Shown: positions 24,620 through 37,175 of the stretch, one piece after another
How positions within the stretch are numbered: the first letter of the stretch is position 1
Layout: each line of letters begins with the position of its first letter
NCBI RefSeq assembly: GCF_006345805.1
Contig: NW_021833661.1
Span: 1-56,884 of the forward strand
Direction of reading: 5' to 3'
Length of the DNA stretch: 56,884 bases
Source of the DNA: Octopus sinensis
Taxonomy: Eukaryota
Translations under genes and position numbers: made by a program
The notes under the pieces: generated by a model
Databases searched by the model: none
What the model saw: only the letters and a program-made list of their open reading frames with translations
What the model was told of the DNA's origin: nothing

Positions 24620-24922
24620 CTCTCTCTCTCTTTCTCTCTTCTCCCCCTGCCTCCCTTTCTTCTTCCTCTTCCTACTTTCTCTTTCTCTCTTCTCCCAGCC
24701 TCCCTTTCTTCCTCCTCCTCCTACTCTTTCTTTATCTCTTCTCCCCGCCTCCTTTTCTTCCTCCTCCTACTCTCTCTTTCTCTCTTCTTCCCCGCCTCCC
24801 TTTCTTCCTCCTCCTACTCTCTCTTTCTCTCTTCTCCCCCGCCTCCCTTTCTTCCTCCTCCTACTTTCTCTTTCTCTCTTCTCCCCCTGCCCCCCTTTCT
24901 TCCTCTTCCTACTTTCTCTTTC
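24620..24922. repeat. Almost purely pyrimidine ~47-bp minisatellite, about 6 units
   Basis: Unit near ttctctttctctcttctccccgcctccctttcttcctcctcctact. Confidence 0.9.
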
Positions 24923-25083
24923 AGTCTACTGTTTTACGCTAGAAGCCAATACTTTTGTTTATATATTAAATTTCGTTCAGTATTTATGTTTTACATCAGA
25001 GAGAGAATGTTTTGCTGAATTTTCGTTCGGTTTACAACAAACCTCCTCCTCGCCCACGCTCTCTCTCTCTCTCTCTCTCTCCC

Positions 25084-25120
<37 letters not shown>

Positions 25121-25518
25121 ATCCCTTCCTCTCTGTCCCTCACACTACTGCTTTCGCGCCATTCCACAGACGGCATTGCGAAACTCTATACGTTCGTAAT
25201 ACTTGGCTGATGTTAGCACGACCCGAACCTAGTTACCCAGGCAATTTCCATCACCACGCCCAATGCGAAGATGTCAACAGTCCAAGACATTGGAATTCCA
25301 TTTCTTCATATATTTGTAATTTGTATCGAAAAAATGCGAACAGACGCGTCAGTGGATCCCATGGGGCAACCCCTGTTTCACTACGTTCATGACGACGAGT
25401 GTTATAAGGTAGGATCTGTAGCTGGGTGTAGAACTAATACTGCAAGGGAATTAATTCAACAAGCACCGGTTTGCTGATGATCATACGGTTCTCTCCACGA
25501 TAAAATCAAATATTCATG

Positions 25519-25550
<32 letters not shown>

Positions 25551-25688
25551 TGTATGTATGTATGTATGTATGTATGTATGTACTTATATATACATACATA
25601 TATATATCCATATATATATACGCATATATATATATATATACATATATACACATATATATATATATATATATATACATATATACATACA

Positions 25689-25722
<34 letters not shown>

Positions 25723-25727
25723 CATAC

Positions 25728-25797
<70 letters not shown>

Positions 25798-25799
<2 letters not shown>

Positions 25800-26230
25800 A
25801 ATTAACTGAACACGAAAAGTGGACAGTCAACATGCTAGATATAGACGTCAAATCGCCATTCTCCACAAAGATTATGTTCTCAAATAAAACTCAGCACGCC
25901 AAAGTAAAGGCATTTGAAAGATACATTCGAATATAATCGGCTGAACTCCATGCATGCGACACTCCGGTATCGTTTTTGCATCTAGTCCAGCAAATTGTAT
26001 TCAATACGGACCATGCTGACGAAGTTACAGTTTATCCTTGCGGATAATAATAACCGAAACTGATCAGTACATGGGTAATTATTTTATTTCGTATATTTTC
26101 ATTTGTCTTGTTTATTGCTTTGGCTTTGTGCTGAGTTTTATTTGAGAACATAATCTTTGTGGAGAATGGCGATTTGACGTCTATATCTAGCATGTTGACT
26201 GTCCACTTTTCGTGTTCAGTCCTTAATTGG
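25798..26230. mobile_element. Tc1/mariner-like MITE, 433 bp, ~100-bp TIRs, TA-flanked
   Basis: Arms 25798-25897 and 26128-26230 are identical reverse complements except a 3-nt (gga) indel; TA at 25796-25797 and 26231-26232; sits in (TA)n. Confidence 0.9.
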
Positions 26231-26346
26231 TATATATAAATATTTTAATCTTCGGATTCTTTTTAATATGCTAGACCACTGGTTTTAATTGATAAATATC
26301 AATTTCTAGCCTTAATTAATTTTATATATATATATATATGATGGTA

Positions 26347-26518
26347 TGCTGCCAACTAAATGTGGCAGCCCCAAGAAAGGGGAAAATTACTGCAATTTAG
26401 CCCTAGGAAACACCGTTTCCAGTTGGCCATGACACATTTTCTGTGTCCTTACGTTTTCAAAGAGGGGTGGAGGTGCTTATCTCCCCTCTTCTGGGACTGC
26501 CACATTAAGTTCGCAGCA
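26347..26518. mobile_element. Small MITE-like element with ~35-bp imperfect TIRs
   Basis: Left tgctgccaactaaatgtggcagccccaagaaagggga versus reverse complement of right tgctgcgaacttaatgtggcagtcccagaagagggga; TSD unclear. Confidence 0.65.
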
Positions 26519-26649
26519 ACAAACCACCCCTTTACCGTGCTGCTACTGTATAAATCTGTCTGAGAGATTTAGAAATGTATCATTTCTAAAATATACATGT
26601 GTGTGTGTGCTCGTGTTATGCATATGTCTATATATATATATATATATAG

Positions 26650-26688
<39 letters not shown>

Positions 26689-26695
26689 ATATATA

Positions 26696-26847
26696 TACGA
26701 CGGGCTTCTTTCAGTTTCCGTGTACCAAATCCACTCACAAGGCTTTGGTCAGCCTGAGGCTATACTAGAAGGTGTCATGCAGTGGGACTGAACCCGGAAC
26801 CATGTGGTTGGTAAGCAAGCTAGTTACCACACAGCTACTCCTGCGCC

Positions 26848-26849
<2 letters not shown>
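26696..26849 (-). mobile_element. SINE family B, 5' part
   Basis: cgacgggcttctttcagtttccg ... taccacacagctactcctgcgcc. Confidence 0.85.
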
Positions 26850-26891
<42 letters not shown>

Positions 26892-26924
26892 TGAAGTGTG
26901 GTGATACGGGTATAGTTATTGTGT

Positions 26925-27085
26925 TTATTTTGTTTAACCCCAGGTCAGCCCTATGCGCAAAACTGTGATCTTTCTGTCTCTTCTTGACTGCATAATGCAA
27001 TGAGTTTTTTCTTACGAACATTTGAATGTGATATGAGAAAAACAAGTCTGCTATTTTTAGCAGATCAGTTGACCACATAGTTGCA
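26925..27085 (-). mobile_element. Family D, diverged
   Basis: tgtttaaccccaggtcagcccta ... ctgctatttttagcagatcagttgaccacatag. Confidence 0.6.
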
Positions 27086-27679
27086 ACCCATAGAGACTTG
27101 TGACTATGGTGCTGACGTGTGGACGTGATTTGATGTGAAATATTTGTGGCTGTGATTACAGGAGTGGCGACGTTGATGGAGCAACGGCTGTGGTGCAGTC
27201 GTGGCGGTTAGTGATGGAGCTGCTAATAGCAACGACAGCATCACAAATATTTGCAGTTGCACAAGTTATGGTGGTGGTGGTGGTGGTGGTGGTGTGGTGG
27301 TGGTGGTGGTGGCATGAAGAATGTTGCTGTTGTTTTGTTGTCATATTCGTTGTTGTTTTTTTTTTGTTTGTTTAACTTTAGATTGGCCCTGATCAAGAAA
27401 ACCCGTGATGAAACGTTGCATACCAGCAAACTGAAATCTGAACTGGCGGTGGAATGTGGACATTCTGGGAAATATTACCAATGGAATGTTAGTAAAATTA
27501 TAAGTATTAATTGACTGTGAAATGTAGATGTATAGAAGTGTTATCTGACAGTAGATTGTAAACATATTGGTAAATACTGTTTGCGAAATGTGACAATTCA
27601 AAATATTGCCCTATTGCGGATCGTGGACATGTGGGTGTAGTGAAATATTGATTTCAAATAATGACTGAAGATCAATAAT

Positions 27680-27844
27680 TTCGTAGGAGGTGGTAAATCG
27701 ATTACATCGACCACAGCATTCAACTGGTACTTATTTTAACGACCCCGAAAGGACTGAAAAGCAAAGTCGACCTCGGATGAATTTGAACTCAGAACATGAA
27801 GGCGGATGAAATACCTGCTAACGATTATTCCGGTTCAACACCTT
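27680..27844 (-). mobile_element. SINE family A, diverged
   Basis: tcgattacatcgacc ... actggtacttatttt ... gcaaagtcgacctcgg.tgaatttgaactcagaac. Confidence 0.75.
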
Positions 27845-28530
27845 GATGTAGTGAAATGTTAACTGTGGGTTATTATAGAGCGGTTTTTACATTTTAATTT
27901 TCTGTGAAATCTGTACAGATTTATGCACATTTAACAGATGTCACAACGAACCCTGTGTGTTTGTTTGTTTGTGTGTGTGTGTGTGTGTGAGTGTGTGTGA
28001 GTGTGTGTGTATGTGAAGAGGGAGACGGAGAAGAAATATAAGTATATGCAAACTAAACGAAAAAAGGCGAAGGAAAAGTACAATTATGGTAGTAAGCCTC
28101 CTTTTCATCAGCTGTTAATTAAGAACAAAATAGTTTCGGCTCTTTAGCAATGGGATCGCTCACCTCAGAGAAACCAGTCGACAAATGCTATCAGGGAATT
28201 GTGTGGTTGATATGGGACAACGAAAGAGGAATGGGACGCAGGAGACGAGATGGCAACAGGCATGGAAAATTAAACGAAAAAGTACGAAAATATACGAAAT
28301 TACGAAAAATTAGGCATCGGAAATATTTCGGTGTGTCAAATTAAAAATGATACACAAGATAATTAGCACTCCGTCTAATTATTTCTGTTCTCTGTCTCCT
28401 TCTCACTTTTCTCTCTCTCTCTCTTCTCTCACTTTCTCGTTCTCTCTTTTTTCTTTTTCTTCTCCCTTTCTCTCTCTCCACACATGCACACATGTACATT
28501 TGTATTATATTGATATATAGATATGTGTTC

Positions 28531-28576
<46 letters not shown>

Positions 28577-29104
28577 CTTTCTCTCCCTCTCTCTATTTAT
28601 CTACCTAACTATACAGATATATTTATGTGTGTGTGCGCGCGTGTGTGTGAGTATACATACATAAATAAAAACATATATACGCATATATTTATGTGAGTGT
28701 GTGTGCATATGTGCGCACTCCTGTGTGTATATATACTATCTCCTACCACTTCCATTTTTCATCACCCTCTAAGAAATGTCAGGGAGAAGCGACGCCATAT
28801 TTAACAAGTTGTCTTCAGGAAAGTAAGTCAGGCGAAGTTCGGATTTCACTCCTGCTTAAACCCCCGATGCCCTAATAACAGTTTACCAGTATAGAACTCG
28901 ACACGATACTGGTCAAAAGTGGCCCCTAAATATTTCCTCCAAGAATTTGACCTAATTTCCTCAAGTTTTTCTCTTGTAGAAAGACACGCGCACGCAAGCA
29001 CACATACACATACATACACACACACGCACATACACGGATCCATACATAGATGCACACGCACATATATATACATACATATATGCATACATGCTTACATACA
29101 TACA

Positions 29105-29426
<322 letters not shown>

Positions 29427-30105
29427 GTGTGCACATGTATAATACATACGTACACATACACGCACATGTATACATACACACATATGCCTACACATTCACG
29501 TATACACATACACATAGAAACACACAGCGCTCATACACATAGACACCCGAACACATAACGCCTCACCGCGCACGTCCGCCCGCTATTTGATATATTTAAA
29601 CAAATTGCCCTGACAGGGTGTTTACGGGCCGCATTCACGTTACTGGAGGGTTCAGGTTTAGAGTAAAGGTTAAGCTAACCGTGGTGGTGTCGTTTAGGGA
29701 CACGGGGCTAGGGGGGTGTGAAATTAGGGTCGGGGTTAGAGTTACATTTAGGGGTGAGTTTATGACAGTTTTTTAAACAGTTGCTAATGAATTTCATTTG
29801 TTACTTGGTAGTGAGGGCGGCAGTGGTGGTAGGTGTTGTTGTTAGTGTGGTAGTAGCAGGGTTTTAAAGGGTGTCGGTGGTGCTGTTAGTTATAGGGAGG
29901 GGCATTCTTGTGTTGTGATGGGGGTAGTAGTGGTGGTGGCGTTGGTGGTGATCGTGGTGGTGGTGGCGACGGTGGAGGCGACGGCAAGGCGGCGGTGGTG
30001 GTGATGGTGGTAGTGATTGTGGTGGTGGTGGTGATGGTGGTAGTGACGGTGTTGATGATGGTGGTGGTGGTGATTATGGTAGTGGTTGTGGTGGTAGTAG
30101 TGTTT

Positions 30106-30188
<83 letters not shown>

Positions 30189-30639
30189 CGTGGTCGTGAT
30201 GCTGATATGATAAGAGGAGTGGTGGTTGTGTTGAAGATAATGACGACGAATGACGATGTCAGCGGCGATGAATGTGAAGATGATGAGGATGACGGTTGTG
30301 TGGATAGTGATGATTATTGGTTTGTGATGCTGGTGGTGGTGGTGGTGGTGGTTGTGGTCTTATAATATCCTAGCAAGGTCACTAAACAGACAGAAGCGGT
30401 GGAGCAACAGAAAAGACTTGTGCCGCCCGCGATAGCTCCCTCAGTTTAACCCTTATCCCCAACCTGGGCCCCGATCCAATCAAGTTTATACAGCAAACCC
30501 CCAAAATGCTGACTCCGTTAAAGCGTCACCTGAGACGGGCCCCTACCCCACCGGGCTGCTCTTCTGCTTAGCGGAGCCTTCGGACAGAATCTGTGTGACA
30601 TGGTGTTATGGTAAAGCCAGCACCTTGAATTTCAGGTAT

Positions 30640-30810
30640 AAGCCAGTTGGCAGACTTCCTCACAGTTTCCCTAGACCCAGTTTTATTTACAAGGCCTAGG
30701 TCGGCTCGAGGTCATGGAAAAAGACAGTTGCTGGCCCAGGATACCCAACAGTTGGATCGAACCGGGGATCTCATGATTACGAAGCGAATTTCTTAACCGC
30801 TTGGTCCAAT
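30640..30810 (-). mobile_element. SINE family B-related 5' part, diverged
   Basis: cagtttcc..acc ... acaaggcctaggtcggctc ... cgaaccgggg..tcatgattacgaagcgaatttcttaacc. Confidence 0.55.
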
Positions 30811-30905
30811 ACAACTGGTTCATGTCCAGCCGGTTCCCATTGCTTATGCACATATATACACATATGTTTAAACACGCACACGCATGTGTGAGTGTATGTA
30901 TATAT

Positions 30906-30941
<36 letters not shown>

Positions 30942-30942
<1 letters not shown>

Positions 30943-31110
30943 TTTCTCTCCTTGTTTCTCTCCTTGTTTTTTTCTGTGTATCTTTCTGTCGAAGAGCTTA
31001 GGCTCGAAACGTAAAGACTTTTTCTATTCCTGAGCACTATACTAATACATTTGTTTGTTTGTACTCCACCTGCCTTCGTCTTTTGTTTATTTTCGTAAAC
31101 TTTCCCTTTA
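30942..31110. mobile_element. Penelope-like short repeat within (TA)n, copy 3 (opposite orientation)
   Basis: Reverse complement of 2360-2560; (TA)n on both sides. Confidence 0.7.
30981..31018 (+). ncRNA. Minimal type I hammerhead-like motif, variant core
   Basis: tcttt CTGTCGA a GAGC ttag GCTC GAAA C GTA aagac; perfect 4-bp stem II; core position 6 is U rather than A. Confidence 0.5.
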
Positions 31111-31125
31111 TATATATTTACATAT

Positions 31126-31175
<50 letters not shown>

Positions 31176-31905
31176 TACACACACACAAACACACACATAT
31201 ACGCTCACACACATACACACAAGCTACTAAAAACTTTTTAGCAGAGTACATATTTATTAAACTTTAACAAGAAGAAGAATGTCAGGGACTTCGAAGTTTC
31301 GGCCTGCTAGACTATAAACCTGAATGTGGTTAGATAGATATATATGAATATATGCATGCATACCAACACAGACGTTTGGAATATACCAATACAATTCGAG
31401 AACAAAGGACATTTATAAATACATTATTTGTATACATAATTACACTCGTTTAACGAAGAATTTTTAAGGCCAAATACCAGAGTTTGAGAAAAGCAGAGCA
31501 AGAGAGGAAATGAACAGACGACATCAGTAAATGAAGGAATCTGTTTTTATAAAGTTTGGTAGAATCTGAAATGAAGTTCTGTGTTTTGTCTTCCAACTGG
31601 AAGGATATTACACAATAGTGCTTCAGTTCAAACAGAGAAACTGGCATGTCTGACAATGAGGCTGTGACGAAAATTACTGACGTTATCAGACAGTTTATGA
31701 ATGAATGAATTCGACGGAGGCAACAACACGACTGTGTGGTAAAGTAGTTTGTCCTTTAGCTGCATGGTTCCCGCTTCGATCTCAATACCAGGATATTTGA
31801 GGAATTGCCTTCAACCGTATAACCTCGGGTTCAATAATTCTTTGCGAAAAAGCCGTATGTGTGTTTGTGTATTCGTGTACACACGTGTGTGTATTTATAT
31901 ATAAA

Positions 31906-32179
31906 GATCCCGCTTCGGTCATAAATGACCATGGGATTACACCTAGAAAGTTCCCCTCCGAGGTACAAGTCCGGGAAAGGTTGTACTCGGCCGTGAATAC
32001 TAGTCTCCCTTCTCCACGTCACCGATGTTTTCCAAGGGAGAGGTAAAGGGGCCGATACAGCTTGGCACTTGTGACGTCGCAACTCATTTCTACAGCTGAG
32101 TTAACTAGAGCAACGGTCTGGGAGTCGAACTCACTACCTCATGATTGCGAGCCCGACGCTCTGAGCCATGCGCCTTCAC
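31906..32179 (-). mobile_element. SINE family C
   Basis: Homologous to 23763-24107 with internal deletions. Confidence 0.85.
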
Positions 32180-32449
32180 TATATACACTATCTGTGCGTG
32201 CGTGTGTGTATGTGTGCGCGCGCGTTTATATTTGTGGTGCAACCGATTAACAGCCAGTATTGGTTCGTTTACGGCCTTGTAACTTAACCTGTCGACAAAA
32301 GACACCAACATCATAAGTACCAGACATTAAAAGAAAATAAGCACAGGGGCCGATTTGCTTGACCAAACCTTTCAAAGCTGTTCCCCAGTATGGTCATAGT
32401 CCGATGAATGAAACCAGTCAAAGATGCGGCATATTCCACAACGCTAGGT

Positions 32450-32639
32450 CACCAATCTCGGGGAAAGGGTAAGTCGATTAGATCGATCTCAGTATTCAAC
32501 TAGCACTTGCTTTTTCGCCCCCGAAACGATGAAAGGCAAGGTCGACCTCAGTGGAATTTGAACTCAGAACGTAAAGACGGAAGAAATGCCGCGTAGCAGT
32601 CTATCCAGTGTTCTAACGATTCTGCCAGCTCGCCGCCTT
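32450..32639 (-). mobile_element. SINE family A2
   Basis: gatgaaaggcaaggtcgacctc ... ctaacgattctgccagctcgccgcct. Confidence 0.8.
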
Positions 32640-32911
32640 GAGACTGGGGTTGTTCGTATATTCGAAGTATGTTAATGGATTCTCAGTCACTCTCGGCGAT
32701 GAATATTCAATTTGGGAACTTATCCTGTAAGCAGCTGAGTATCCCGCAGAACTTTGTACCCTAATATAAATTCCCAGAGCAAGACAACGTGACACTATGT
32801 CAAAAGGGTGGACACAATTTCCAGAGAAGAGCTATGGCATTACAAGAGTTCTCAGTACCGAAAAGGCAAATACATATGGATGAACTAACATTACAAATTA
32901 ACAAGCATTTT

Positions 32912-33311
32912 AGTCTTTTACTTGTTTCAGTCATTTGACTGCGGCCATGCTGGAGCACTGCCTTTAGTCGAACAAATCGAGCCCCAGGACTTAGTCTTTG
33001 TAAGCCTAGTACTTATTCTATCGGTCTCTTTTGCCGAACCGCTAAGTTACGGGGACGAAAACACATCAGCATCGGTTGTCAAGCGATGTTGGGGGCGGGG
33101 GGGGGCAAACAGACACACAAACATATACACACATATATATTTCATATATACGACGGGCTTCTTTCAGTTTCCGTCTACCAAATCCACTCAGAAGGCTTTG
33201 GTCGGCCCAAGGCTATAGTTGAAGACACTTGCCCAAGGTGCTACGCAGTTCGACTGAACCCGGAACCATGTGGTTCGTAAGCAAGCTACTTACCACATAG
33301 CCACTCCTGCG
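32912..33311 (-). mobile_element. SINE family B, full length
   Basis: Reverse complement of 20516-20916. Confidence 0.9.
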
Positions 33312-33594
33312 TTAAAATTTCATAGGAAATTTTGAGGCTCTTTACACCAACCCCTTGAGGGTAACTATGTTGCTATTCTTTTGATACACATTTACAAAAA
33401 ACTGAAGGAGAGAGAGGGGAGAGAAAGAAGGAAGGAATGAGTTCAGAATTGGACATAAATACAAGCACATACGCTTCTATATTACAGACATAAGAACTTT
33501 TGTAATTTTTTCCGTTGATTAAATAATTAATGCACTCATTATTTGAGACCTAATTCTTGTGCTTGCTCTACAATCCCTACCTCTCTCTCTCCCC

Positions 33595-33672
<78 letters not shown>

Positions 33673-33673
33673 G

Positions 33674-33749
<76 letters not shown>

Positions 33750-33929
33750 GATAGAGAAATGAAGCATGAATTTTGTATTTCTTTTATTTCGCGTTTGCTA
33801 CGCACGTTTCTGCGATCGATAGTCGATAATCAATGATTATAAACGCGATTTACAAACAGCTTTCGATAATATTCTACGCATTCAGTATCGTCGCAGACAT
33901 TTTGTAAATCGTCCCTAGCGCATGCATTT

Positions 33930-34133
33930 CCCGGGCGAAAATGCTTAGCGGTATTTCGTCTGTCGTTAGATTCTGTGTTCAAATTCCGCCGAGGTCGACT
34001 TTGCCTTTCATCCTTTCGGGGTCGATAAATAAAGTACCGGTTTTGCACTGGGGTCGATGTAATCGACTTAATCCGTTTGTCTGTCCTTGTTTGTCCCCTC
34101 TATGTTTAGCCCCTTGTGGACAGTAAAGAAATA
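33930..34133 (+). mobile_element. SINE family A1, 5'-truncated
   Basis: ccgggcgaaaatgcttagcggtatttcg through cagtaaagaaata. Confidence 0.85.
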
Positions 34134-34139
34134 TATACA

Positions 34140-34460
34140 TACATACATTATTATTATGGCTGCCCCCTCGTTATCGAGTATGGCCATTGCACGAAGCTTA
34201 ACTGTTACGGGTGCTGTGATCGAATGTGACTTTTTAGCCCAGCTAAAGACATACAATGTCTTGTACAGAATTGGCAGCTAAAACCTTTACCGGTAATAGT
34301 CGGCTGTAGTTGTAATTGGACTTCATGTACCTTTGCATGTCGTTTAAGTCCTCCAGTCGAATTACACTCTCTTCCACATGCCCGACAGATATGATTAGTA
34401 TGGTGTGTTACACCACCACCAGTGGCCAGGTTGTCACTCATCTGTCTCGTTTTATGACTA
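34140..34460 (-). mobile_element. 3' end of an RTE-type LINE with two terminal C2H2-like fingers
   Basis: HICRACGRECNSTGGLKRHAKVH and FSCQFCTRHCMSLAGLKSHIRSQH, stop, short UTR (gccatactcgataacgagg.gcagcc), (ATA)n/(ATGT)n tail; no TGEKP linker; 5' end abuts a TACA/TATG tract. Confidence 0.7.
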
Positions 34461-35114
34461 TATACATACATACATACATACATACATACATGTGTGAGCG
34501 TGCATTTGCACACATGTTATAGTGAGCAGAAGAGCAGGCAGAGGAAGAGAGATGTTCATGTTGCGTGTCCATTCACATTAGTAAATATAATGTTCAACAT
34601 TGCTCCTAGATGTTCGTGTGTGTTCGCGTATGAGTGAGAGAATGAGAGAATGAGTGAATGAGTGAAAGAGTGTGCGGGCTTTTGTGAGTTTGTGTGCACG
34701 TGTGTGCGGGCGTTAGTAGTGACTTATATAAAGAACAAAAGAGGCTGCAGTGCTAAAACAGTGACTTTTTACAGATGGTACACAATGAAAGCATTCTCTG
34801 CTACGTATGTAAACTACGGCGCCCCTCCTCTCCGTCTCTCCCCTTCCTCTTCCTTCTCCTCCATCGCCCAATCCCCCTCCTCTCTCTCTCTCAGGCTATA
34901 TATGCGTGCGTCCGTATATGTATGTATGTGTGCTTAGGAGGGGGTGTGTATAGATTCCCCACACCCCCACCCCACAGCAAACCCATGCACACATACGACC
35001 ATACATTGATGTATAAAAAGTAATGAATGAGTGATTCTAATATAATATTAGTAACCGCTTTTTTTTATTTACGAGAGGAACTCGTCCTCCAAACTCGCCA
35101 TTACGCATGCAGGA

Positions 35115-35115
35115 A

Positions 35116-35146
<31 letters not shown>

Positions 35147-35149
35147 GTA

Positions 35150-35213
<64 letters not shown>

Positions 35214-35330
35214 TAATAATAATAATGATGATGATGATGAGATGATGATGATGATGATGATAATAATAATAATATAATAATAATAAAAATAATAATAATA
35301 ATGGTAATGATGATGATGATGATGATGATG

Positions 35331-35366
<36 letters not shown>

Positions 35367-35410
35367 TGATGATGATGATGATGATGATGATAATAATAAT
35401 AATAAATAAA
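35115..35410. repeat. Alternating (AAT)n/(GAT)n tract
   Basis: Directly visible. Confidence 0.95.
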
Positions 35411-35561
35411 TAGAATTCTCAAACTCCCGCCCCCCCCCGTTACTCACTATTACACAATTTATTGCTCTCCCTACGCCGCCATCTTCATACACCAACATCA
35501 GCAAAATTTACGCATACATACGTATGTATATAGGAAGCGTGTATATATATATATATATATA

Positions 35562-35603
<42 letters not shown>

Positions 35604-35785
35604 TGTGTAGAAATACAGAGACAGAAAAAGTTTGTTGAAGCCGGTTATCGTGATCACTTTGGCACAAAGTTTTTTTTTTTACTTTTTCTTCAGAATAATA
35701 ACTGGTTGAGGATCATATTATCCGTAATTATTAGGAGCGGTGCTCCTACTATATGAACATTTATATATATACATACATACATACA

Positions 35786-35817
<32 letters not shown>

Positions 35818-35824
35818 CACACAC

Positions 35825-35873
<49 letters not shown>

Positions 35874-35885
35874 CATATTTATACA

Positions 35886-35927
<42 letters not shown>

Positions 35928-36277
35928 TATTACATGGGCTTGAATGTGCGTTCATAAATAACTACTGCCTTATATAAACATTCACACGCACACGCACATG
36001 CACACAGACGTGCGCGCGCGCACACACACACAGTGTCTGAATATAGTAGCTGTGGAAGCCACATGGTATGATATGCTGTAATATAGTTAGTTCACTGTCT
36101 TAGGTTTCCACGTTCTAATTCCGTGGCGGGGTGAAACACGCGCTGTTGTAGAACAGTAGAAACCGCAGACAATGAACGCAGAAAACAACTCTATGGTGTG
36201 TGTGTATGTGGTACAGCACGATATCACAAATATTTGTAGTTTGTTTAACGACCGCAATATTCTCTCAACACCCCCTC

Positions 36278-37020
36278 GGCGAGCTGGCAGAATTGTTAGA
36301 GCGCGCAGACGAAATATTTAGCGGTATTTCGTCTGCCGCTACATTCTGAGTTCAAATTCCGGCGCGGTCAACTTTGCCTTTCATCCTTTCGGGGTCGATA
36401 AATTAAGTACCAGTTACGCACTGGGGTCGATGTAATCGACTTAATCCCTTTGTCTGTCCTTGTTTGTCCTCTCTGTGTTTAGCCCCTTGTGGGTAGTAAA
36501 GAAATAGGTATTTCGTCTGCCGCTACGTTCTGAGTTCAAATTCCGCCGAGGTCGACTTTGCCTTTCATCCTTTCATATATTGACTCCAGCGCGTAAGTAC
36601 CTGTTACGCACTGGAGTCGATACAATCGACTTAATCCCTTTGTCTGTCCTTGTTTGTCCCCTCTGTGTGTAGCCCCTTGTGGGCAGTAAAGAAATAAGAA
36701 TTGTTAGAACGCAGAGCAAAAAGCTTCGCGGCATTTTATTCATTTTTACACCAGGGTTCAAATGCCGCCGGAGTCGACTTTGCCTTTCAGGGTCGATAAA
36801 ATAAGTACCAGCCGAACATCTGGGTCCATGTAATAGATTTACCCCAGCCCCGAAATTGCTGGCCTCGTACCAAAATGGGAAACCAGCATTGGGCGAACTG
36901 GCTTAGTCGTTTGTGTTGCAGCATTTATTTCAAATCTCTCCGTTCTAGTTTCGAATCCTACAGAGATCTACTTTGGTTTTCATTCCTTTGATGTCGATAA
37001 ATATATTAATTACCAGTCAA
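36278..37020 (+). mobile_element. Head-to-tail cluster of SINE A copies and fragments
   Basis: Full A1 36278-36510, internal restart ggtatttcgtctgccg about 36507-36697, A2 fragment about 36700-36890, further A fragment about 36890-37020. Confidence 0.85.
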
Positions 37021-37074
37021 GTTCTGAGATTTGTCTTCTTCGCCCCCTCTGTCTCCGAATAGGCCACGTCGAAG

Positions 37075-37175
37075 AGGCCAATATAGGTGGAAGATTTTAA
37101 TTGAAAACTTACGAAAACAAGACATTTGTACTACAGAGCCAGAGTCGGTTTCAGCCCAGGTTGGTAACGAAAGGG
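37075..37175. mobile_element. One end of a second piggyBac-like MITE family
   Basis: Ends ggtaacgaaAGGG then TTAA (37176-37179); other end not seen. Confidence 0.45.

Noticed and set aside
28770-28830. Plus-strand micro-exon ending at GTAAGT (similar donors near 39528)
   Set aside because: Isolated hexamers are expected by chance at this window size; no recognisable peptide.
34205-34513. Host C2H2 zinc-finger gene from the octopus expansion
   Set aside because: Two fingers only, no TGEKP linker, followed by a short UTR and simple-repeat tail, 5' end in a microsatellite; fits a LINE terminus.
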